Positions 9,148-16,759 of a stretch of DNA of 32,000 nucleotides are shown in pieces (the stretch's first letter is position 1; each line of letters starts with the position of its first letter). The translations under genes and the position numbers were made by a program. The stretch lies in NCBI GenBank assembly GCA_016699265.1, contig CP064967.1:120001-152000 (forward strand), written 5' to 3'. The notes under the pieces were generated by a model. It saw nothing but the letters and a program-made list of their open reading frames with translations. It made no database searches and had not been told where the DNA came from. The DNA comes from Candidatus Saccharimonadota bacterium (lineage in GTDB: Bacteria; Patescibacteriota; Microgenomatia; UBA1406; GWC2-37-13).

Positions 9148-11610
9148 TTATTTTCCTGAGTAGGTGACGCTGTCAATTCTACCTTCGGTCGTATTGAAGG
9201 TCACAGACCCATCAGGATTTATCACAAGCATGCCATTTGTGATGAAGGGAGAACCTTCCACATCAGCATTATGGTATTCGGCTATCCTATTTGCGATATT
9301 TATGCCGTCCGCAGTCTCACCGGCCGTTGAACATGCCTGAAGAAGAATCCTAAAATTATTTCCTAGGTGTTTTCGATAGTCGTTAGCACGTCCCTTAATT
9401 TTGGCCTGTCTTTTTTCTGCGTCGAGATAATCGTGCAGATCTAAATCTTCTCCTTCTGGTCCTAGTGCTAGCCCTCTCGCATTAGCATGAGCATGAATGA
9501 GCACATTCCTAATAGCATTTGTTTGTAAAGGATCACGTCCAAACTGACGCTCATGATTACCCACTGCTATAAGAATTTTTGCTATTTCGAACTCCGATCC
9601 AGCCTCAAAAAAGATCGCATCTTCATCACCCATTGCGCGAATAGAGTCATTACCTAGATTTGAGGAAGACCCATTCCAGTCTGTGCGGGCACCTATAACA
9701 ATATTTGTAATAGGGGTGTCGCCAGTCTTCCACTGTAGTAGCTGTTTATGAAGATGTGGCACCTCATAAAGAGATAAATTATACAGTCCGAAGGTTTGGA
9801 TAATCTCATTTAATTCAGCTTTGCCATAGGTGTCTGCATAGCTTGTAATTGCTGCGACCTCATTCGTCATATGCTTAACTTGGTCTTCTATCGCACGTTG
9901 TTTTTCTTGAGACGTTAGAGTTCGAGAACTTTCTTCTTCATCTTTATAAGTTATCCGTGAAGCGGCGCTGTAGGTGCTCCACGATTGAAACATTCTTTGA
10001 GCAGTACTCTGATCGATTCCGAGTTCCTGAAATCTACCAATTATGTTGGGAAACTGCTGCAAATCCGGTCGGGGAATATGCACAAAAGATCTCCAAGTTC
10101 CTGCTGGAAGATGTTCAACGTATTCAGAATATTGATCTTCACATTCTTTCACCATTATCCAGTTCTCACAGAAACGTTGATCAACGAGATCTCGCTGAGG
10201 ATTATCTATATTTTCTTCGCCTTGGTTTACAAATGATGTGAAATCACCAAGACCAATCATTTTCAGAGACAGTCCATAAGCATGAAGGCGCTCTTCAGCA
10301 CCCAACACTGTCTGGATGCGAGCTTCTGTGGCACCACCAATATAAAGCCATCCCATTAGGCGCATTGGTAGATCTGGATTCGTATTCCCAGAGAGAAGAG
10401 GTTGAATCCTATCAAATGCGCTGAGATATTGATGGGGGTCTTTCATATCCCTATATTCCCATCTCAGAAATGGATATTGGTCATTAAACTTTTGTAATAG
10501 AGGTAGAGCTTTCTGAAAATTGAGCACAAATTCGAGAGGGTTATCTGCTTCTCGCATAGCTGTGGAGCAAATTTCTGTCCAAATATTACTGTCTCCAAGT
10601 GGGGTTAATAATGGCGTGAGGGTCTTCCAGCTCGATATAAACTCTGGATCAATTTCAATATGTGGTTTTGAGGCAATATAGTATCCATTAACAATATTTT
10701 GAAGTTGAGATGCGTACGATCGAAGATCGAATGCTTGATCTGGATTGCCAAATAAATCTCTGGCTGTTTGATAGGCAAGAAGTGGATCAGCGAAGTCAAA
10801 AAAACCTGTAAATGTGTAGCCTCGCTCCGACGAGCAATTTTCGAAGATAGGATCTTCTTGAAGAACCTCATATAGTTTTTTTGCAGAATTTAAATATGCG
10901 TGTAATTCTTCAGCGGTTTGTGTTTTGTCTAGATTGCGAACTAGTAGATCGGCAAATGAGTCAAGACCCACTTCATGGATTGAAGTAATTTGAATAGCGG
11001 TTACTTCGACACTGCGCCACTTAGTGTATAAAATCTTCTGTTCTTCATATGGTAAAGTTGGAAAAAGTATCCAGAATTCGGGAGATATCTCAAGAGCACC
11101 CTCAGGAAAACCTACCTGATGAATAACATTCTGAGCAACTTGCTCAGACGCACCATTTTGCACTAGCTGTGCCTGCACAGCCGCTTGTTTTTCCTCCAGT
11201 ATTTTTTGGAGACGTAGTTTAAGAACTGCGTTCTCTTTAGGATCCTTTACCACGTTGTCAATTTTCCAGTTTAGATTTTCCAGTTCATTTTTGGAGCACG
11301 ATAAAAGAGCCGATGCAAGTTCATCGTGGCCTTGGTGGAGGAGTGTAACAACCACACTATCAACCACATTTATCGGGTCCTCGGGTTCCTGACGCCAGCG
11401 ATCGGTACTTCCAGGTTTGCGCATTAAGCGCAGTTGAGAGGTTTTATCATCAAGACCCTCGATACCGAGTTTTTTAGCGTCGATGAGAAGCTGTGCAATT
11501 TGTTGAGGGTCTCTCGGAATCTCTGGTCCGAGATTGCTAAGTGTTTCCTGAGTTGTGATTGGGTCCGGTGATGGTTTTATAAATGCTCCATCAGATGAAA
11601 TTTCGCCCAT
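9148..11610 (-). CDS. large hypothetical protein (820 aa) with a C-terminal caspase/CHAT-like (clan CD-like) His...Cys domain
   Basis: No signal peptide or TM helix is seen, and the N-terminal 620 aa or so are unrecognised. The C-terminal 195 aa or so alternate beta and alpha segments. A strand ends in His (NVLIHAHAN, His codons at 9487-9489 and 9493-9495). A second strand 52-54 aa later ends in Cys (RILLQACSTAG, Cys codon at 9331-9333), resembling the QACxG / SACxT motif of caspases and CHAT domains. Confidence 0.5.
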   Translation of the reverse strand: MGEISSDGAFIKPSPDPITTQETLSNLGPEIPRDPQQIAQLLIDAKKLGIEGLDDKTSQLRLMRKPGSTDRWRQEPEDPINVVDSVVVTLLHQGHDELASALLSCSKNELENLNWKIDNVVKDPKENAVLKLRLQKILEEKQAAVQAQLVQNGASEQVAQNVIHQVGFPEGALEISPEFWILFPTLPYEEQKILYTKWRSVEVTAIQITSIHEVGLDSFADLLVRNLDKTQTAEELHAYLNSAKKLYEVLQEDPIFENCSSERGYTFTGFFDFADPLLAYQTARDLFGNPDQAFDLRSYASQLQNIVNGYYIASKPHIEIDPEFISSWKTLTPLLTPLGDSNIWTEICSTAMREADNPLEFVLNFQKALPLLQKFNDQYPFLRWEYRDMKDPHQYLSAFDRIQPLLSGNTNPDLPMRLMGWLYIGGATEARIQTVLGAEERLHAYGLSLKMIGLGDFTSFVNQGEENIDNPQRDLVDQRFCENWIMVKECEDQYSEYVEHLPAGTWRSFVHIPRPDLQQFPNIIGRFQELGIDQSTAQRMFQSWSTYSAASRITYKDEEESSRTLTSQEKQRAIEDQVKHMTNEVAAITSYADTYGKAELNEIIQTFGLYNLSLYEVPHLHKQLLQWKTGDTPITNIVIGARTDWNGSSSNLGNDSIRAMGDEDAIFFEAGSEFEIAKILIAVGNHERQFGRDPLQTNAIRNVLIHAHANARGLALGPEGEDLDLHDYLDAEKRQAKIKGRANDYRKHLGNNFRILLQACSTAGETADGINIANRIAEYHNADVEGSPFITNGMLVINPDGSVTFNTTEGRIDSVTYSGK

Positions 11611-11630
11611 ATAAAAAGTGTAGCAATTAA

Positions 11631-12005
11631 CTACAAAAACTTCTTTGCTCGAAGGATTTTTTCTACCTCTCGATCGTTAATTCGATGGTACGGACCCTTA
11701 TGAGAGAGGAGCGCTCCCGAGAAGGTGCGAGGTATATGCATGAGTTCGTGAACTAGGGTTTTTAACTGGTCGCGATCAGAGAGCTTATCGAATTTTTTTG
11801 CATTCACCTCGATAATGTAGGTTGGTTTTATTCCCGCAACCTCGCTGAACACCTTTGCCATGCCCCAGATGCGAGCGTACGCTCTTGTTTTAGCATCAAC
11901 ACTACGGATACAGTAGATCTGCTTCGGAATAATGTGGGTAAATTCAAGTGCCTCAATAAGGGCATCAATTCTTTTTTTTACATCGGGAGCGAGATCATAC
12001 TTCAT
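11631..12005 (-). CDS. small zincin-like putative metallopeptidase (124 aa)
   Basis: The HExxH motif HELMH sits in the context LKTLVHELMHIP, preceded by ARIWG....IIEV as in small SprT-like / putative metallopeptidases. It lies 20 nt upstream of the 820-aa gene on the same strand. Confidence 0.6.
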   Translation of the reverse strand: MKYDLAPDVKKRIDALIEALEFTHIIPKQIYCIRSVDAKTRAYARIWGMAKVFSEVAGIKPTYIIEVNAKKFDKLSDRDQLKTLVHELMHIPRTFSGALLSHKGPYHRINDREVEKILRAKKFL

Positions 12006-12120
12006 AATTTGAATTTTGTAGTTTTTAGTTTGAAGTTTTTAGTTTGTAATCAAGATTAAGTTTTCAGTATTAAAATAGACAATTGAATTCAAAATTCGAA
12101 ATTTAAAATTCAAAATAAAC
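12006..12120. repeat. AT-rich word tract in a divergent promoter region
   Basis: Contains aatttgaattttgtagtttttagtttgaagtttttagtttg ... gaattcaaaattcgaaatttaaaattcaaaat. It shares the ttcaaatt/aaattcaaa vocabulary with the other tracts. Confidence 0.6.
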
Positions 12121-12135
12121 TGCTACTATTGTATC

Positions 12136-13809
12136 ATGCTAAGGAAGCTGTTCATTTTTCTTCTCGCGCTTTTCGTCTTTCTCCAGTATGCGCCTGTTCA
12201 TGCATTGGCAGAGGAGAGAATTCGCAGCTTCGATTCCGATATAAAAATTCAGTCAGACGGATCTATTCGGGTTATTGAAACCATTTTGTATGATTTTGGA
12301 TTTAGTTATCGGCATGGAATCTATCGCGATATTCCAAGTATTGTTTATAGAGAAAGAAACGATAAGTATATTCTGAAATATAGCGTTGAAAGTGTTACGG
12401 ATGAGGCGGGAGGCGCTTACCAATACTCTTTATTGTATCCCTCTGACTACCTACGAATTAAAATAGGCGACGCAAACCGTACTATTTCTGGAGAGCATAC
12501 TTACATAATTACATATGTAGTACAAGGGGCTCTCACCTACCTACCAGATCATACAGAGTTGTACTGGAATGGAACAGGAGACCAGTGGGAGGTTCCGATT
12601 GATTCTGCACATATAACTGTTGAACTTCCCAAGCAGATTTTTGGAAGTGAATTAAAACTAGCCTGTTATACAGGAACTTTAGGTTCTGCAGAAAATGACT
12701 GTTCGTCTTCTTCGAAGGGAACCATTCAGGACTTTACAGTTATGAAGTCGTTAGGAGCTAAGGAAGGGGCCACAGTTGTCGTAGGTTTTCCCAAAGGTAC
12801 GGTAGCGACATTGCAGGCGGAGAGGTATGTGTCTTTTTTCGATCGGTGGTATGGTCAGTTACTTCTTATTGGACTCTTTTTGCTCGCGCTCCTTTGGTAT
12901 GTGATGTATCCCATTTGGATCGTTGTAAAATGGTTTCGTCGTGGAAGAGATCCACGACCAATGATGGGGGAGACGCGCGCATGGTTCGATCCCCCAACTA
13001 CATCACGGGGACGTAAGCTTACTCCAGCAGAGACTGGAGCACTTCTCGACGAGTCAGTTGACACCAAAGACATATCTGCCATGATCGTGGACCTTGCAAG
13101 ACGAGGCTATCTCCAGATTGAGGAACGTGATAAAAAGGATTTCTATCTCCTTAAAAAATCTAAGGTGAAAAAAGACGATTCGTTACTCCCTTTTGAAAGG
13201 ACATTTTTAGATTCAGCTTTTGCGGATGGAGGCGAACTTAGATTAAAAAACTCAGCGCTCTATACAACTATACTTACGATAAAGACACAGATCTATACTC
13301 AGATAGTTTCGGACCAATTTTTCCCTAAGGACCCAAGTAAAACACGTTTATTTTATGGAGCCATTGCTGTTCTCGGATTTATAACATTTAACCTACCTTT
13401 AGCTATCGTGGCGATATTATTTGGGCTGCATATGGCAAAGAAAACACAGCAAGGTGCAGATGCGGCAGCTGTGGGACGGTCGTTGAAGAACTTTCTTTCT
13501 TCGCAAGAAAGGCAGCTTGCCTATCAGGCGAGTAAGCAGATGATGTTCGAGCGACTACTGCCGTTTGCGGTAGCATTTGGGGTAGAGAAACTCTGGGCTG
13601 AGCGGTTTAAGGATGTGGGACTTAAGCAGCCCGAATGGTACACAAGTTCACATATTGGCGCATTTCATAGCGCAGCATTCGTTTCAAGTCTAGACTCTTC
13701 TCTTAAGTCGGTTTCTATTGCGGCCCAGCCACCACACTCTAGTGGCTCAGGTTTCTCCGGTGGTTTCTCCGGCGGAGGTGGCGGTGGAGGCGGTGGTGGA
13801 AGTTGGTAA
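12136..13809 (+). CDS. DUF2207-family membrane protein
   Basis: Signal peptide (..VHALA/EE), the N-terminal pattern I.S.D..I.I..DGS..V.E.I.Y.F......HGIYRDIP, internal TM helices, and a C-terminal Gly-rich tail (SGGFSGGGGGGGGGGSW) typical of the family. Confidence 0.78.
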   Translation: MLRKLFIFLLALFVFLQYAPVHALAEERIRSFDSDIKIQSDGSIRVIETILYDFGFSYRHGIYRDIPSIVYRERNDKYILKYSVESVTDEAGGAYQYSLLYPSDYLRIKIGDANRTISGEHTYIITYVVQGALTYLPDHTELYWNGTGDQWEVPIDSAHITVELPKQIFGSELKLACYTGTLGSAENDCSSSSKGTIQDFTVMKSLGAKEGATVVVGFPKGTVATLQAERYVSFFDRWYGQLLLIGLFLLALLWYVMYPIWIVVKWFRRGRDPRPMMGETRAWFDPPTTSRGRKLTPAETGALLDESVDTKDISAMIVDLARRGYLQIEERDKKDFYLLKKSKVKKDDSLLPFERTFLDSAFADGGELRLKNSALYTTILTIKTQIYTQIVSDQFFPKDPSKTRLFYGAIAVLGFITFNLPLAIVAILFGLHMAKKTQQGADAAAVGRSLKNFLSSQERQLAYQASKQMMFERLLPFAVAFGVEKLWAERFKDVGLKQPEWYTSSHIGAFHSAAFVSSLDSSLKSVSIAAQPPHSSGSGFSGGFSGGGGGGGGGGSW

Positions 13810-13828
13810 GTGGTATAATTAGCGCTTC

Positions 13829-15220
13829 ATGACAAAGGAAATGCCTTCGGCGCAACGTGTTTATGGTAGTGAGGTAGAGTACAGTTATACTCAAAGAGGA
13901 GTTGAATCAGGGTGCTCAGCGTTAACTACGGTCGCATCACTAATTCCACGAAAGATGCCTCATATTGGTGATTTTCTTGGAAATGGGGGGAGACTATATA
14001 AAGATCTCGATCTTGTCGAGTACGCAACTCCTGAATGCTTGTCGCTTGATGACCTCGTTATACACGAACTAGCAGGCGAAAATTTTGCACTTCAAGCGTT
14101 TGGAGGTATCGAGGAAATTCAAACAGTACATAAGCGCGCCATAGACACAGTCGGGAAATTTACCTATGGTGCTCATGAAAACTATTCAACAACCTTAGAT
14201 GTCTGGAGCTCCGCGAACCCAGATAGACTCAGAAGAATACAGAAGCTTGCAACACACTTTGCAACTCGTACAATTTATACTGGCGCAGGCTACTTTAGTC
14301 CTGAAGGTGTATATCACTTGGGTCAGAAGACAAGTCGCGTTCAATCCCTTTCAGGAATTGAGACTACTAGATTCAAACCCCTCGTCAATTTGAGAAACGA
14401 GCCACATGATGGTTCGGGTTCAACTAAGCGGTTGCATGTCACTAGTGGAGATGCGAATATTTCTCCTTGGGCGATTCGGATGAAATTTGGTACAACATCG
14501 CTCGTACTCAGATTATTAGAACATGAGTTGGATTGGATCGGTCAGAACTGGTTGTTAAAGAAGCCTTTAGAGGTTGCGGTAAATGTCGCAGGAGGCGTTG
14601 ACAATCTTAAAGCAGTTTACGAAATCAATGATGGTAGCTACGCATCAGCAATAAGCATTCAACGATCACTCTTCAACAAATGTTTAGCAATGGCAGAAAT
14701 CATCGCAATCCCGGACCATGAGCGAGAGGTGTTAAATGAATGGGGAAGAGTGTTGGACGCGCTTGATCAGTACATAACGGTAGGTGTCGAAGACCCTTTA
14801 TTGATGCAGATTGATTGGTATGCTCGACTTAAGGTAGTTAAGAATGGGCTGGATCGATCAAGGTCGAACTTTCCTCGAGACAGAAAGAAACATGAGAGAG
14901 ACAGAAAGAAATATGAGATTGGGTATGACATGTTGCCAAATGGAGCTGGATTCGGTCTGAGGAGAAAAGGGAGAGTTTTCTCTGCTCACACTCCCACCGA
15001 TCAACAAGTTGAAGACGCCCTCGCAGAACCTCCAGAAGGTAGAGCGAAACTTCGAGGCCGACTCGTCACCTCAGCATTCGAAGACCCAGATCACTACTAT
15101 GTTTCGTCGGTAAATTGGGGGCAACTCTCCGTGAACGGTCGTCGAGTTCCATTGCCTTTGGATGGAAATTATAGCGATGATGTTGTTGATCAATATCTTC
15201 AAGATCTTAGAGCAAAATAA
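13829..15220 (+). CDS. Pup-ligase family protein (PafA/Dop homolog)
   Basis: Collinear by eye with mycobacterial PafA. Matching blocks are GSEVEY (GIETEF), NGGRLY.D....EYATPEC, YGAHENY, TGAG, NLRNEPH.......KRLHV..GD.N.S, G.TSLVL.LLE, IDW..RLK, and AEPPEGRAKLRG (QPPQTTRARLRG). At 463 aa it is PafA-sized with no long Dop loop. Confidence 0.85.
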   Translation: MTKEMPSAQRVYGSEVEYSYTQRGVESGCSALTTVASLIPRKMPHIGDFLGNGGRLYKDLDLVEYATPECLSLDDLVIHELAGENFALQAFGGIEEIQTVHKRAIDTVGKFTYGAHENYSTTLDVWSSANPDRLRRIQKLATHFATRTIYTGAGYFSPEGVYHLGQKTSRVQSLSGIETTRFKPLVNLRNEPHDGSGSTKRLHVTSGDANISPWAIRMKFGTTSLVLRLLEHELDWIGQNWLLKKPLEVAVNVAGGVDNLKAVYEINDGSYASAISIQRSLFNKCLAMAEIIAIPDHEREVLNEWGRVLDALDQYITVGVEDPLLMQIDWYARLKVVKNGLDRSRSNFPRDRKKHERDRKKYEIGYDMLPNGAGFGLRRKGRVFSAHTPTDQQVEDALAEPPEGRAKLRGRLVTSAFEDPDHYYVSSVNWGQLSVNGRRVPLPLDGNYSDDVVDQYLQDLRAK

Positions 15221-15222
15221 CT

Positions 15223-16407
15223 TTACTTCAGATACTTTTTTCCTTTTAGTTTGGCTGGCAGGTAGTCGTTTGAGTCGTACATCTCGTACCCTTTTCCATA
15301 CCCAAGGTTTTTCATAAGCTTGGTTGGAGCATTTCGCAGGTGAAGTGGAATGGGAAGATTTCCCAGATCTTTTGCATCCTTCATGGCGCTCATAAATCCA
15401 TCGTAAGCTGAGCGGTCTTTAGGAGCCCTACATAAATAAATCACTCCCTGAGCGAGATTAATTCCACATTCCGGTAAGCCTATCTTGGTTACTGCTTCGA
15501 AAACCGCATTCGCAACGACAAGTGCTGTTGGTTGTGCATTTCCAACATCTTCACTTGCAAAAACAACCATTCGTCGCGCTATAAAAACAGGATCTTCACC
15601 GGATGCTATCATTCGAGACATGTAGTAGAGAGCAGCGTCTGGTTGAGACGCGCGCATGGACTTAATGAAGGCAGATATGGTGTTGTAGTGTTCCTCTCCA
15701 GCTCGGTCATATCGTAAAAATTTTGACTGGAGCGTTTGAGTAAGATTATCAATGGTTATTTTTCCATACAGCGACTGAGTATTTTCCACCATAGCCAACA
15801 TCTGTCTCGCATCGCCTCCACTCATCGAGATGAGCCAATCGATCGACTCTTTATCCATGACGATCTTTGTTCTTTTTAAGATTATTTTTAGATCTTTTTC
15901 ATTTAGGTCTTCCAAAACAAAAACTCTACATCTCGAAAGCAGAGCTGGGATTACCTCGAAGCTTGGATTCTCGGTTGTTGCGCCAATGAGCGTGAGTCGC
16001 CCAGACTCGACATAGGGGAGAAGAAAGTCTTGTTGCGACTTATTAAATCGGTGAATTTCATCGAGAAAAAGCACGCGAGGCCCCAGAAGTTCACCTGTTT
16101 CCTCAAGTATTTTTCTAATATCATCTTTGCCAGCAGATACCGCAGAAAGAATAAAAAAATTAGCGCCAATTGCCTTTGCATAAATCTGAGCTAGAGTCGT
16201 TTTACCTACACCTGGGGGCCCCCATAAAATAAAGGAAAATAAGTGTTTTTGTTCGATCGCGACCCTTAATGGACCAGCAGAATTACCTTTACAGGCTTTC
16301 CCGCCTGCAACGCTATGAGTAGCATTGCGGGCATGGCCTACAAGATGTTCCTGGCCAATGAACTGGTTCAGTGAGGTAGGTCTAAGTCGATTAGCGAGTG
16401 GCTCCAT
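15223..16407 (-). CDS. rarA: replication-associated recombination protein A (AAA+ ATPase)
   Basis: Motifs LRP..L..FIGQEHL, Walker A GPPGVGKTT, FLDEIHRFNK.QQD.LLP..E.G...IGATTENPSFE, ALYY..R...GEDP.F..RR and LRNAPTKLMK..GYG..Y. It is convergent with the PafA-like gene across a 2-nt gap. Confidence 0.95.
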   Translation of the reverse strand: MEPLANRLRPTSLNQFIGQEHLVGHARNATHSVAGGKACKGNSAGPLRVAIEQKHLFSFILWGPPGVGKTTLAQIYAKAIGANFFILSAVSAGKDDIRKILEETGELLGPRVLFLDEIHRFNKSQQDFLLPYVESGRLTLIGATTENPSFEVIPALLSRCRVFVLEDLNEKDLKIILKRTKIVMDKESIDWLISMSGGDARQMLAMVENTQSLYGKITIDNLTQTLQSKFLRYDRAGEEHYNTISAFIKSMRASQPDAALYYMSRMIASGEDPVFIARRMVVFASEDVGNAQPTALVVANAVFEAVTKIGLPECGINLAQGVIYLCRAPKDRSAYDGFMSAMKDAKDLGNLPIPLHLRNAPTKLMKNLGYGKGYEMYDSNDYLPAKLKGKKYLK

Positions 16408-16461
16408 GGAGGTATTATACCCAACTGAATTAAAGTTGCTTCGTGGTAAAATATACCTTGA

Positions 16462-16535
16462 GTCTTCGTAGCTTAATCGGATAGAGCATCAGATTGCGGA
16501 TCTGAAGGTTGCGCGTTCGAGTCGCGCCGAGGACA
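16462..16535 (+). tRNA. tRNA-Arg (anticodon GCG)
   Basis: Acceptor GTCTTCG/CGAGGAC, D-arm GCTT..GAGC, anticodon arm TCAGA-TTGCGGA-TCTGA, T-arm GCGCG-TTCGAGT-CGCGC. Confidence 0.85.
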
Positions 16536-16595
16536 CCCAAAAGCAATTTTTAATTTGAAGTTTTTAATTTTTATTAAAATTTCGAATTTCAAATT
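16536..16595. repeat. AT-rich word tract between two tRNAs
   Basis: Sequence caatttttaatttgaagtttttaatttttattaaaatttcgaatttcaaatt. It contains TTAATTTTTATT, and cgaatttcaaatt, which also flanks palindrome copy 1. Confidence 0.6.
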
Positions 16596-16615
16596 CCTGC
16601 CTGCCGGCAGGCAGG
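16596..16615. repeat. GC-rich palindrome, copy 3 (perfect 20 bp)
   Basis: CCTGCCTGCCGGCAGGCAGG, 13 nt upstream of tRNA-Trp. Confidence 0.92.
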
Positions 16616-16628
16616 TCAAAATAATAAA

Positions 16629-16699
16629 GGGGGCGTAGTTCAGTGGTAGAATAGAGGTCTCCAAAACCTTTGACGGAAGTCCGATTCTTCCCGCCCCTG
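16629..16699 (+). tRNA. tRNA-Trp (anticodon CCA)
   Basis: Acceptor GGGGGCG/CGCCCCT, anticodon arm GAGGT-CTCCAAA-ACCTT, T-arm GGAAG-TCCGATT-CTTCC. Confidence 0.85.
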
Positions 16700-16759
16700 C
16701 ATTAGAAACTGTTTCCGAACTTAGTAAGGCATTACAGTTTCTTATATCCCGCTGAAGTT

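Noticed and set aside
8850-9176. A 108-aa minus-strand ORF.
   Set aside because: It lies entirely across tRNA-Leu and tRNA-Ser and is therefore a spurious reading of tRNA genes.
13740-13809. The poly-Gly run at the DUF2207 C-terminus, considered as a slippage artefact or a separate repeat feature.
   Set aside because: Gly-rich C-terminal tails are a normal trait of this protein family, and the frame is intact up to the stop.
16473-16664. A 63-aa minus-strand ORF containing LPAGR.
   Set aside because: It spans tRNA-Arg, the AT-rich tract, palindrome copy 3 and part of tRNA-Trp, so it is not coding.
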